Source: an uncultured bacterium
GTDB lineage: Bacteria > Pseudomonadota > Alphaproteobacteria > SP197
Assembly (NCBI GenBank): GCA_938014945.1
Contig: CALLQH010000188.1
Span: forward strand, 1-60,562
DNA length: 60,562 nt
Direction: 5' to 3'
A program made the translations under genes and the position numbers. The notes under the pieces were generated by a model that was given only the letters and a program-made list of their open reading frames with translations, searched no databases and was not told the DNA's origin. Position 1 is the first letter of the stretch. Each line of letters opens with the position of its first letter. Below are positions 8,903 through 20,182 of the stretch, piece after piece.

Positions 8903-9723
8903 GACTGCTTCGTCTTTGCGAACTGTGCGTGGAAATCGAGATCAGTGATCGAGGGCTGGCTGCCGCAGAGCGCGCAGTCGGGATCCTTGGTGTAGGTGAC
9001 GCGACGGACCTCGGCGGCGAGCGCATCGTAGATCAGCAGGGTGCCGTCCAGGCGCTGGCCGATGCCGAGAATCTCCTTCAGCACCTCGGCGGTCTGCAGG
9101 GTGCCCATGACACCCGCGATGGCGCCGAAGATGCCGGCCTCCGAGCAGGAGGGCACCAGGCCCTCCGGCGGCATCTCCGGGAACAGGCAGCGGTAGCAGG
9201 CATGGCCCTCGCCCTCATGCGCGCGGAAGGTGGTGAGCTGGCCGTCGAAGCGCATCATGGCGGCGCTGATCAGCGGCTTGCCCGCCAGGAAGCAGGCGTC
9301 GTTGACGAGGTAACGCGTGGCGAAGTTGTCGGAGCCGTCGCAGACGATGTCGTAGCCGCCGATGATGTCGAGCGCGTTGTGGTGTTCGAAGCGCTCCTGG
9401 TGGCAGATCACCTTGACGTCGGGATTGAGCGCGGCGATCGCCTGCCGGGCGCTTTCGGTCTTGTCGACGCCGACACGGTCGGTGGTGTGGATGATCTGGC
9501 GCTGCAGGTTGGAAAGCTCGACATGGTCGTTGTCGACCACGCCCAGGGTGCCCACACCCGCGGCGGCTAGATACATCAGCAGCGGCGCGCCCAGGCCCCC
9601 GGCGCCGATCGCCAGCACGCGGGCGTTGAGCAGCTTGACCTGCCCCGTGCCGCCGACCTCGGGCATGACGATGTGGCGGGCGTAGCGGTGGAGCTGTTCT
9701 TCGGTGAAATCGCTGGCTTTCAT
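8899..9723 (-). CDS. moeB: HesA/MoeB/ThiF family E1-like adenylyltransferase (molybdopterin-synthase adenylyltransferase-like)
   Basis: RYARHIVMPEVGGTGQVKL..VLAIGAGGLGAP matches the nucleotide-binding motif GxGxxG. NLQRQ is present, and there are two CxxC pairs (CYRC, CALC). Length is 274 aa with no rhodanese domain. Confidence 0.85.
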   Translation of the reverse strand: MKASDFTEEQLHRYARHIVMPEVGGTGQVKLLNARVLAIGAGGLGAPLLMYLAAAGVGTLGVVDNDHVELSNLQRQIIHTTDRVGVDKTESARQAIAALNPDVKVICHQERFEHHNALDIIGGYDIVCDGSDNFATRYLVNDACFLAGKPLISAAMMRFDGQLTTFRAHEGEGHACYRCLFPEMPPEGLVPSCSEAGIFGAIAGVMGTLQTAEVLKEILGIGQRLDGTLLIYDALAAEVRRVTYTKDPDCALCGSQPSITDLDFHAQFAKTKQS

Positions 9724-9768
9724 GAACCTAACCTGCGGTGGCGCGGTGGCGCTTGCAAGGGCTGCCGG

Positions 9769-10077
9769 TCAGCGCTTTTCCGGCGGCGTCGCGCGCACCT
9801 TCTTCACGAAGGCGGCGATGTCCTCGCGGCTGAACTTCAGGCGGCGGCGCTCCGTGCTCGCCGGATCGTCCGCAAGGCTCGCGCCAGCGCGCCAGGCCGT
9901 CTTCGGGCGCACGGGGCGCGGCATGAAACCGCCGCCGCAGTTCGGACAGACATTCTGCAGCAGCTCCTCCACGCAGTCGGAGCAGAAGGTGCATTCGTAG
10001 CTGCAGATCCAGGCCTCGGGCGACTCGGGCGGCAGGTCGCGGTCGCAGGCTTCGCAGTTGGGGCGCAGTTCGAGCAT
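9769..10077 (-). CDS. DUF1272-type Cys8 zinc-ribbon protein
   Basis: MLELRPNCEACDRDLPPES..AWICSYECTFCSDCVEELLQNVCPNCGGGF has the cysteine spacing C-x2-C-x13-C-x3-C-x2-C-x2-C-x8-C-x2-C. The gene lies 10 nt downstream of dut. Confidence 0.8.
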   Translation of the reverse strand: MLELRPNCEACDRDLPPESPEAWICSYECTFCSDCVEELLQNVCPNCGGGFMPRPVRPKTAWRAGASLADDPASTERRRLKFSREDIAAFVKKVRATPPEKR

Positions 10078-10086
10078 GGGTCCTCC

Positions 10087-10536
10087 TCAGGCGACACCGG
10101 TGGAGCCGTGGCCGCCGTCGCCGCGCGCCGTCTCGTCGAGCGCGGTGACTTCGCGAATCGCAACCCGGACCACGGGCGCGACCACAAGCTGGGCGATGCG
10201 GTCGCCGCGGGTAATGGTGAAGGGCTGGTGGCCATGGTTGATGAGCATCACCTGCACCTCGCCGCGGTAGTCGGCATCGATGGTGCCCGGGCTGTTGAGC
10301 ACGGTGACGCCGTGGCGGTGGGCAAGGCCCGAACGCGGGCGCACCTGGCCCTCGTGGTCTTCCGGCAGGGCGATGGCCAGCCCCGTGGGCACCATGGCGT
10401 GGTGGCCGGGCTGAATCGTCATCTCGCTGGAGATCGCCGCGCGCAGGTCTAGGCCCGCAGCACCTGCGGTGGCGTAGGCGGGAAGCTCCAGATCCTCGGC
10501 GTGGGGCAGGCGCTGGATGCGCAGGACAGCACTCAT
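10087..10536 (-). CDS. dut: dUTP diphosphatase
   Basis: 149 aa from ATG 10536. Motifs are [28 protein letters not shown] and [11 protein letters not shown]. The start overlaps the coaBC stop. Confidence 0.95.
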   Translation of the reverse strand: MSAVLRIQRLPHAEDLELPAYATAGAAGLDLRAAISSEMTIQPGHHAMVPTGLAIALPEDHEGQVRPRSGLAHRHGVTVLNSPGTIDADYRGEVQVMLINHGHQPFTITRGDRIAQLVVAPVVRVAIREVTALDETARGDGGHGSTGVA

Positions 10537-11738
10537 GCCGCCAGGTGCCCGGCGATGCGGCGCGCCAGTGTGGTGGCGACCTCCTGCTTGCTCATGCGCG
10601 GCCAGTTCTCCACGCCTTCGGGTCCGACCAGATGGACGGTGTTGTCGTCGCCGCCGAAGGTGCCGGTGCCGGCCGAGACGTCGTTGGCGACGATCCAGTC
10701 GCAGCCCTTCTTTGCCAGCTTGGCGCGCGCATAGGTCACGACATCGCCGGTCTCGGCGGCAAAGCCGATGACGAGGCGCGGCCGCCGGTCGTTGCGGGCC
10801 GCCAGCGTGGCGAGGATATCCGGGTTCTCCGCAAAGGAGAGCGTCGGCAGGGCGCCGCCCTCCTTCTTCAGCTTGGTCGCGGCTTGGCTGGCGACGCGCC
10901 AGTCGGCCACGGCCGCGGCGCAGATCGCGACATCGGCGGGAAGCGCTGCCTCGCAGGCCGCCAGCATCTCGCGCGCGGTCTCCACCTTCACGATCTCCAC
11001 GCCGGCTGGATCCGGCAGGTTCACGGGGCCGGAGACCAGCGTCACGCGCGCGCCGAGGCGCGCGCAGGCCGCGGCAATGGCATGGCCCTGCTTGCCGGAG
11101 CTGCGGTTGGCGATGAAGCGCACGGGATCGATGGGCTCGTGGGTGGGACCGCTGGTGATCAGCGCGTGGCGCCCGGCGAGCGGCTTGTCGGCGGCCTCCT
11201 CGAAAAAGGCCTCGATGGCGGCGGCGATGGCCTGGGGCTGGCTCATGCGGCCCCGGCCCACCTCGCCGCATGCAAGGTCGCCGGCGTCCGGACCCAGCAT
11301 GGCGATGCCGTCGGCCTGCAGCCGCGCGACGTTGCGCCGGGTTGCCGGGTGGTTCCACATCTGCGTGTTCATGGCCGGGCAGATCATCACCGGCTTGTCG
11401 GTCGCCAGCAGCACGGTGGAGGCGAGATCATCGGCAAGGCCCGCGGCCATCTTGGCCATCAGGTCGGCGGTGGCCGGTGCCACGACCACAAGGTCGGCCT
11501 CGCGCGAGAGGCGGATGTGGCCCATCTCGGCCTCGTCGGTCAGCGAGAAGAGCTCCGTGAAGACCTTCTCGCCCGAAAGCGCCGCGGCGGCCATGGGCGT
11601 GACGAACTGCTGCGCGCCATGGGTCATGACGCAGCGCACGACGGCCTGCCGTTCCTTCAGCGCCCGGATCAGCTCCAGCGCGCGGTAGGCGGCGATGCCG
11701 CCGGCGATGACGAGCAGGATGCGCTTGCCCTGTAGCAT
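10533..11738 (-). CDS. coaBC: Bifunctional phosphopantothenoylcysteine decarboxylase / phosphopantothenate-cysteine ligase
   Basis: 401 aa from ATG 11738 ([27 protein letters not shown]). Motifs include PAMNTQMW and [27 protein letters not shown]. Confidence 0.95.
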   Translation of the reverse strand: MLQGKRILLVIAGGIAAYRALELIRALKERQAVVRCVMTHGAQQFVTPMAAAALSGEKVFTELFSLTDEAEMGHIRLSREADLVVVAPATADLMAKMAAGLADDLASTVLLATDKPVMICPAMNTQMWNHPATRRNVARLQADGIAMLGPDAGDLACGEVGRGRMSQPQAIAAAIEAFFEEAADKPLAGRHALITSGPTHEPIDPVRFIANRSSGKQGHAIAAACARLGARVTLVSGPVNLPDPAGVEIVKVETAREMLAACEAALPADVAICAAAVADWRVASQAATKLKKEGGALPTLSFAENPDILATLAARNDRRPRLVIGFAAETGDVVTYARAKLAKKGCDWIVANDVSAGTGTFGGDDNTVHLVGPEGVENWPRMSKQEVATTLARRIAGHLAA

Positions 11739-11847
11739 CGGAGTCCTTTCGGCGGGCGGTGGCCCGCGCCATGCACGGCAATGGGTGCGCCGCACAATAT
11801 AGGGAAGAAGGCGCGCGCTTTCACGATTCCCGCGCACCGCCCTTGTA

Positions 11848-14159
<2,312 letters not shown>

Positions 14160-14184
14160 TCCGGCGGGATGACAACGACGCAGA

Positions 14185-14217
14185 GGGGCGGGCCGTCAGG
14201 TCCGCCCCTTTTGCGTT
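14185..14217 (+). terminator. Rho-independent terminator after katG
   Basis: GGGGCGGGCC-GTCA-GGTCCGCCCC forms a 10-bp stem with one G.U pair, followed by TTTTGCGTT. Confidence 0.7.
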
Positions 14218-14251
14218 GGGGCGGCAGGCGAGCCGGTCTGCCTGGCCCCGG

Positions 14252-15808
14252 TCAGTCGGCGATCGCGATGATGGCGAGGATCAGGGCGATGGTGGCCAGC
14301 GCCCAGAGCCAGCGCAGGGCGCGGCCTCTGGCGCGGGACTGGCGCTCGACCAGTTCGTCGACCGTGTCGCGGTGCAGGCGGAAGCCGGAGGCGGCGGTCT
14401 CGTCGACGATGGCCGCGGCCTTGGCGGCAAGGTCGGGCAGTCGGCGCGCGATGTCGGCGGCGTGTCCGGCGCCGTGATAGAGGCGCGCGGGCGGCGACAG
14501 GTTGATCATCGCCCATTCCTCGACGAGCGGCTGGGCGAGCTGCCACATGTTGATGTCGGGGGTGAGCGAACGCCCGATTCCCTCGGTCACCAGCATGGTC
14601 TTCTGCAGCAGCAGCAGTTGCGGCTGGGTCGGCATGCCGAACTGTTCGGTGACGCGGAAGAGCTGGGCAAGCAGGCGGGCAAGCGAGATCTCTGCGAGCG
14701 GTTTGCCGAGGATCGGCTCGCCGATGGAGCGGATCGCCTGGGTGAACAGCTCGCGCGAACGGTCGGCCGGTACGAAACCGGCCTCGAAGTGGATGTCGGC
14801 GACGCGTTTGTAGTCGCGCTTGAGGAACCCCAGCAGCATCTCGGCGATGATCAGGCGCGTCGGCCGGTCGAGGCGGCCCATGATGCCGAAGTCGATGGCG
14901 ACGATGCAGCCGGCCTCATCGACGAACAGGTTTCCGGGATGCATGTCGGCGTGGAAGAAGCCGTCGCGGAAGACCTGCTGGAAGAAGACACGCGCCGCCA
15001 CGGCGACCAGGGCTTCGGGATCGTGTCCGGCGGCGATGAGCTTGTCGCGCTCGTCGATGGGCATGCCGGTGATGCGCTCCAGGGTGAGCACGTGTTCGGC
15101 GGTGCGCTGCCAGTCGACGGCCGGCACGCGGAAATCGGGATCGCCCGCGAAGTTCTCATCCAGTTCGGCCGCGGCGGCGGCCTCCATGCGCAGGTCCATC
15201 TCCAGGGCGACCCAGGCGCGCACGTTCTCGACCACCGCGACGGGCTTGAGGCGGCGCAGGGCGGGGCGGGCCTGTTCGGCAAAGGAGGCAAGCCAGTGGG
15301 CAAGGTCGAGATCGCGCCGGAAGGTCTCCCCGATGTCCGGGCGCAGCACCTTCACGGCCACCTCGCGCCCGTCGGAGGTCACCGCAAGGTGGACCTGGGC
15401 GATGGAGGCGGCGGCAATGGGCTTGTCATCGAAACTGGAGAACAGGCTCGAGATCGGCGCGCCCAGTTCGCGCTCGACCGCGGCGCGCGCCTGGGCTGCG
15501 GGAAAGGCGGGCAGGTGGTCCTGCAGGTTGGCCAGATCCTCGGCAATCTCCTCGCCGACCACGTCCGGGCGCACGGAGAGAAGCTGGCCCGCCTTGATGA
15601 AGGTCGGCCCCAGCTCCTGCAGGGCGCGGGCCAGGCGTTCGCCCGGCCGGCCCGGCTGGTCGCGCGCCGAGATCAGCTTGGCCGCCCAGACCACGGGCGG
15701 GGCGACTCCGGCAAGCTCCAGGGGGAAAAGGGCGTCGTGGCGCGCCAGGGTGCGGGCGATGGCAAAGAGGCGCGCCAGGTTGCGCACCGATTCGATCGGA
15801 CCGGTCAC
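14252..15808 (-). CDS. ubiB: Ubiquinone biosynthesis regulatory kinase-like protein UbiB (ABC1 family)
   Basis: Motifs are LQELGPTFIKAGQLLSVRPDVVG, IAAASIAQVH and HADMHPGNLFV. I placed the start at GTG 15808, just downstream of the ubiE stop. GTG 15787 is an alternative. The upstream part of ORF 14252-16036 overlaps ubiE. Confidence 0.88.
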   Translation of the reverse strand: MTGPIESVRNLARLFAIARTLARHDALFPLELAGVAPPVVWAAKLISARDQPGRPGERLARALQELGPTFIKAGQLLSVRPDVVGEEIAEDLANLQDHLPAFPAAQARAAVERELGAPISSLFSSFDDKPIAAASIAQVHLAVTSDGREVAVKVLRPDIGETFRRDLDLAHWLASFAEQARPALRRLKPVAVVENVRAWVALEMDLRMEAAAAAELDENFAGDPDFRVPAVDWQRTAEHVLTLERITGMPIDERDKLIAAGHDPEALVAVAARVFFQQVFRDGFFHADMHPGNLFVDEAGCIVAIDFGIMGRLDRPTRLIIAEMLLGFLKRDYKRVADIHFEAGFVPADRSRELFTQAIRSIGEPILGKPLAEISLARLLAQLFRVTEQFGMPTQPQLLLLQKTMLVTEGIGRSLTPDINMWQLAQPLVEEWAMINLSPPARLYHGAGHAADIARRLPDLAAKAAAIVDETAASGFRLHRDTVDELVERQSRARGRALRWLWALATIALILAIIAIAD

Positions 15809-15842
15809 GTTCTGCGTTCCGAGGGGTCGTGCCCGCCCGCGC

Positions 15843-16595
15843 TCACAGGCGCCAGGCGGTGGTGAGCGCCGCGATGCCGCCCGAAAGATTGGTCGTGCCG
15901 ACATGCGCCAGGCCCGCCTCGGCGACGAGTGCCGCGAAATCGGCCTGCTGGGGGAAGGCGCGGATGCTGTCGACGAGATAACGGTAGGAATCGGCGTCGC
16001 CCGCGATGATGCCGCCCAGGCGCGGCAGCACCGCATCGCTGTAACGGGCGTAGAGCTGGTCGATCACCGGCACAACGACATGGCCGAACTCCAGGCAGGC
16101 GAAACGCCCGCCGGGCTTGAGCACCCGGCGCGCCTCGCCCAGGGCCTGTGAAAGATGCGTCACGTTGCGGATGCCGAAGGCGATGGTATAGGCATCGACG
16201 CTGGAGTCGCGCAGGGGCAGCGCCTCGGCGTCGCCGCAGGTCCAGGTGATGCCGTCGGTCACGGCGCGGTCGAGCGCCCGGTCGCGGCCCACGCCCAGCA
16301 TGGCGTCGTTGATGTCGACGACGGCGACCTCGAAGCCCTTTTCCTTCAGGCGGAAGGCGATGTCGCCGGTGCCGCCCGCGACATCCACCGCCACGCCCGC
16401 GCCGCCCTCGGCGACACGGTTGACCATGGTGCGCTTCCACACACGGTGGATGCCGGCACTCATCAGGTCGTTCATCAGGTCGTAACGCGGCGCCACGTTG
16501 CGGAACACCGCACGCACGAGGGAGCCCTTCTCGTCCTCGGCGACACGGCGGTCGCCGAAGCGGGTGGCATGATCGATTTCGAGAGGGCGCGCCAT
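15843..16595 (-). CDS. ubiE: Ubiquinone/menaquinone biosynthesis C-methyltransferase
   Basis: Motifs are FRNVAPRYDLMNDLMS.G.HR.WK, VDVAGGTGD and FGIRNV. I prefer ATG 16595 because the 18 codons upstream have low GC3 and a rare TTA codon. ATG 16649 is the alternative. Confidence 0.92.
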   Translation of the reverse strand: MARPLEIDHATRFGDRRVAEDEKGSLVRAVFRNVAPRYDLMNDLMSAGIHRVWKRTMVNRVAEGGAGVAVDVAGGTGDIAFRLKEKGFEVAVVDINDAMLGVGRDRALDRAVTDGITWTCGDAEALPLRDSSVDAYTIAFGIRNVTHLSQALGEARRVLKPGGRFACLEFGHVVVPVIDQLYARYSDAVLPRLGGIIAGDADSYRYLVDSIRAFPQQADFAALVAEAGLAHVGTTNLSGGIAALTTAWRL

Positions 16596-16698
16596 GGCGG
16601 CGGACCATAAATCGGAACGGGGACCGAGGGAACCGATCTGACGCATCATGGCTTCACATCCGATTCCTCATCAGCGGGAAAGACTGTAGCGTCGCGCC

Positions 16699-17532
16699 AT
16701 GCCGGAACTGCCCGAAGTCGAAACCGTCCGCCGCGGCCTGCAGCCTGTGCTGGAAGGCCGGCGCATCGTCACGCTGGAGCAACGCCGGCCGGACCTGCGC
16801 ATTCCCTTTCCCATCGGATTCGCCCGCTTCGTCGAGGGCCGCCGGGTCACCGCCCTGCGGCGCAAGGCCAAGTACCTGCTCTTCGACCTGGAGGACGGCC
16901 AGGTGGTGATCTGCCATCTGGGCATGTCGGGCCGCATGGTGGTGCTGCCCGCGGGATCGAACCAGCCGCCCGACAAGCACGACCATGTGGTCATCACCAC
17001 GGAGGCCGGCGACCGCATCGTCTTCAACGATCACCGCCGATTCGGCCTTATGACGCTGACCACCGCCCGCGACGAGGCGGCCCATCCCCTGCTGGCGGCC
17101 ATCGCGCTCGATCCGCTTGAGGCGGGCTTCGATGCCGCGCACCTTTCGGCGCGCCTTGCCGGGCGGCGCACGCCGATCAAGGCCGCCCTGCTCGACCAGC
17201 GCGTCGTCGGCGGCGTCGGCAACATCTATGCCTCCGAGTCGCTGCACCGCGCGGGCATCTCGCCGCGGCGCCTTGCCGCCAGCGTCGCGGGCAAGCGCGC
17301 GCAGCGCCTGGTGCCCGCGATCATCGACGTGCTGAACGAGGCGATCGCGGCGGGCGGCTCCTCCCTGCGCGACCACCGCCAGGCCTCGGGCGAGCTCGGC
17401 TACTTCCAGCACAGCTTCCGGGTCTACGACCGGGAGGGAGCGCCCTGCCCGACTCCGGGCTGCAAAGGCGTCATCGGCCGCATCGTGCAGGCCAACCGTT
17501 CGACCTTCCTGTGCGGGGTCTGCCAGCGATAG
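16699..17532 (+). CDS. mutM: Formamidopyrimidine-DNA glycosylase
   Basis: The N-terminus [14 protein letters not shown] is diagnostic. The C-terminal zinc finger is CPTPGC...FLCGVCQ. Confidence 0.95.
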   Translation: MPELPEVETVRRGLQPVLEGRRIVTLEQRRPDLRIPFPIGFARFVEGRRVTALRRKAKYLLFDLEDGQVVICHLGMSGRMVVLPAGSNQPPDKHDHVVITTEAGDRIVFNDHRRFGLMTLTTARDEAAHPLLAAIALDPLEAGFDAAHLSARLAGRRTPIKAALLDQRVVGGVGNIYASESLHRAGISPRRLAASVAGKRAQRLVPAIIDVLNEAIAAGGSSLRDHRQASGELGYFQHSFRVYDREGAPCPTPGCKGVIGRIVQANRSTFLCGVCQR

Positions 17533-17652
17533 GACCAGGCGCCGATTCGCCGCCCGGCGCCGAAGCGATTCGCAAAGCGGGCGCTTGCCTTACACGGCGA
17601 AAGCCGCTGCAAGGTGGCGATGGCGGGCCCGCGCCCTAGGAATCCCGTGGCG

Positions 17653-17681
17653 TTGACGCCCCATGGGACCATCGGTATAAG
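17653..17681 (+). promoter_or_regulatory. Sigma-70-type promoter for rpsT
   Basis: TTGACG-N17-TATAAG, ending 38 nt upstream of the rpsT ATG. Confidence 0.5.
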
Positions 17682-17718
17682 CGCGCCAACCCAATTTACT
17701 CCAAGGACGAGAACGACC

Positions 17719-17979
17719 ATGGCCAATACCCTGCAAGCCAAGAAGCGGGTTCGCCAGACCGCCCGGAAGACCGCGGTAAACCGCGCTCGCATGAGCCGCG
17801 TGCGCAGCTACGTGCGCAGTGTCGAGCAGGCGATTCTGGCCGGCGACAAGGAAGCCGCCACCGCGGCCCTGCGCGCGGCTGAGCCCGAGATCATGAAGGC
17901 AGCCAAGACCCCTGTGTTGCATTCCAACACCGCATCGCGAAAGGTGTCTCGTCTGGCCGGCCGCGTCGCCAAGATGTAG
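17719..17979 (+). CDS. rpsT: 30S ribosomal protein S20
   Basis: 86 aa from ATG 17719 ([29 protein letters not shown]). Confidence 0.95.
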   Translation: MANTLQAKKRVRQTARKTAVNRARMSRVRSYVRSVEQAILAGDKEAATAALRAAEPEIMKAAKTPVLHSNTASRKVSRLAGRVAKM

Positions 17980-18015
17980 TCACCGCGCCCACCGGGCGCA
18001 CATCATGATGTCGAA

Positions 18016-18056
18016 CAAGGGCGTCGGACCATCGGGTCCGGCGCCCTTGTCGTTTC
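18016..18056 (+). terminator. Rho-independent terminator after rpsT
   Basis: CAAGGGCGTCGGACC-ATCG-GGTCCGGCGCCCTTG forms a 15-bp stem with one G.U pair, followed by TCGTTTC. Confidence 0.7.
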
Positions 18057-18563
18057 AGGGTCATGTTGCGGTCATGCAACCCATGCGTGTTATCAGCGCG
18101 AGCCGGGCCAGATTCCATTTTTGATCCCATTGCCGCTTTCGCCCGCCCTGGTCTATGGTGCTTGCCGGGTCGAGGGACCGACCTCAAGAACACAAACGCG
18201 CAGGCGGTCAACGTACCGCATCGGCGAACCGGATCGGCGGCGACAACAGGTCGCGCCGACAGGATGGTTTCGACCCTGCGCGCCGGTTCCTGACCCGGAG
18301 ACGGGGCTGCGCGACTTGGTCGCGTTTCTTATGCGGCAGGGATTGAAGATTTGACCAAGCTGTTGAAACAGAATGATTTTTCGACGTTTGCAACGGTCAT
18401 TGCAGCATCTTCTCCGCGAATCGATTACAACGGCGTGACGCCGGACAGGCAGCTGCGCTGCTGCGCTGCTGTCATGGTGTCCTTGGACTTCGGCGCGCCG
18501 CTCTAGGGCGCCGGCGATACCGGGCGGTCCTTGGCGGCCGCCGGTGTCAGAAGGAGAGTGTGG

Positions 18564-19964
18564 ATGGCTGCCAATTCCCTGGTTCTGGATCCGGCTGTCG
18601 AAGAGCAGTGGAAGCGTGTGCGAGGCCGTTTGCGGGCCGAGCTCGGCGAAGCGGCATTCAAGACATGGTTGCGTCCGCTCTCGCTCGACGGAGTCGCCGG
18701 CGGTGACGTCGTCATGCGCGTTCCCTCCGGAAACATGAAGGACTGGGTGCTCTCGCGCTGCGGCGAGCGGCTGAAGGATCTCTGGTGCGGCGAGAACGAT
18801 GCGGTCACCGGCATCGCCATCAAGGTCGGCCAGGTCGAGCGCCGTCCGGTGCGCCGCGAGGTGGTTCCCGCGCGCCGCGATCTGGGCATGGTCGCCCATG
18901 ACGGCCCGGTCGCCGATCCGGTGGAGGAGGCCGATGCGTTTGCCGCCAGCCTCGATCCGCGCTTCACCTTCGACAATTTCGTCGTCGGCAAGACCAACGA
19001 ATTCGCCCATGCCGCGGCCCGCCGCGTCGCCGAGGCCGATTCGGTCACCTTCAATCCGCTGTTCCTCTACGGCGGCGTCGGTCTCGGCAAGACCCACCTG
19101 ATGCACGCCATCGCCTGGCATGTCCGCTCGAAGAAGCCGGGCCGCAAGGTGCTGTACATGTCGGCCGAGAAGTTCATGTACAAGTTCATCCGTGCCCTTC
19201 GCTACAAGGACACGATGGCCTTCAAGGACCAGTTCCGCGCCGTCGACGTGCTGATGATCGACGACATCCAGTTCATCGCGGGCAAGGACTCCACCCAGGA
19301 GGAGTTCTTCCATACCTTCAACGCCCTGGTCGATCAGGCCCGCCAGGTCGTGATCTCGGGCGACCGTTCGCCCAGCGACCTCGACGGCATGGAGGAGCGC
19401 CTGCGCTCGCGCCTGGGCTGGGGCCTCGTCGCCGACATCCACCCCGCCGACTACGAGCTGCGTCTCGGCATCCTGCAGGCCAAGGCCGCCCAGTTCCCCG
19501 ATGTCGCCGTGCCGCCCCGGGTGCTGGAGTTCCTCGCCCACAAGGTGACCTCCAACGTGCGCGAGCTCGAGGGCGCGCTGAACCGGGTGCTGGCCCACTG
19601 CCAGCTCGTCGGACGCCCCGTGACCCTGGAATCGACCCAGGACCTGCTGCGCGACCTGCTGCGCGCCCAGGATCGCCGGGTGACCATCGAGGAAATCCAG
19701 AAGAAGGTCGCCGAGCACTTCAACATCCGGCTGGCCGACATGGTTTCGGCGCGCAAGCAGCGGGCCATCGCCCGGCCGCGCCAGATCGCCATGTATCTGG
19801 CCAAGCGCCTGACCAGCCGCAGCCTGCCCGAGATCGGGCGCAAGTTCGGCGGCCGCGACCACACCACCGTCATGCACGGGGTGAAGAAGGTCGAGGAGCT
19901 GATGGCCGGCGACTCCGCCTTCGCCGAGGATGTCGAGCTTCTGGAGCGCATGCTCGAGAGCTGA
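18564..19964 (+). CDS. dnaA: Chromosomal replication initiator protein DnaA
   Basis: ATG 18564 lies 7 nt after AAGGAG. Motifs are FDNFVVGKTNEFAH, the Walker A GGVGLGKTHLMHA, the Walker B LMIDDIQF and the C-terminal DNA-binding HTTVMHG. Confidence 0.97.
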   Translation: MAANSLVLDPAVEEQWKRVRGRLRAELGEAAFKTWLRPLSLDGVAGGDVVMRVPSGNMKDWVLSRCGERLKDLWCGENDAVTGIAIKVGQVERRPVRREVVPARRDLGMVAHDGPVADPVEEADAFAASLDPRFTFDNFVVGKTNEFAHAAARRVAEADSVTFNPLFLYGGVGLGKTHLMHAIAWHVRSKKPGRKVLYMSAEKFMYKFIRALRYKDTMAFKDQFRAVDVLMIDDIQFIAGKDSTQEEFFHTFNALVDQARQVVISGDRSPSDLDGMEERLRSRLGWGLVADIHPADYELRLGILQAKAAQFPDVAVPPRVLEFLAHKVTSNVRELEGALNRVLAHCQLVGRPVTLESTQDLLRDLLRAQDRRVTIEEIQKKVAEHFNIRLADMVSARKQRAIARPRQIAMYLAKRLTSRSLPEIGRKFGGRDHTTVMHGVKKVEELMAGDSAFAEDVELLERMLES

Positions 19965-20182
19965 TCGCGCCGGTTGTACGCAGTTCCGGGATCAGCGCGA
20001 AATAGTCCAGCGATTCCAGGGGCTTGCGCGGGGCGAATCCGGGGCCGAAAACTGGCGTTTCGGGCGCCGTTCTGCTAGTCTCTCCCATCCGGTTCGGGAC
20101 ATGGATTTTCACGATCCGTTCCGTCTCGCTGCGAGGCGGTGACCGGTTCCCGATTCCTCCAACCGCTACGGGTTTGTAGGCG

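Noticed and set aside
18452-18471. Tandem GCTGCGCT x2.5 micro-repeat upstream of dnaA.
   Set aside because: It is too short and GC-simple to distinguish from chance in this composition, so I assign no function.
17980-18563. Chromosomal origin (oriC) next to dnaA.
   Set aside because: I found only two weak DnaA-box-like 9-mers, with no cluster of TTATCCACA-type boxes and no AT-rich unwinding repeats. In alphaproteobacteria the origin is usually near hemE rather than dnaA. A formal DnaA-box PWM scan plus GC-skew analysis would settle this.
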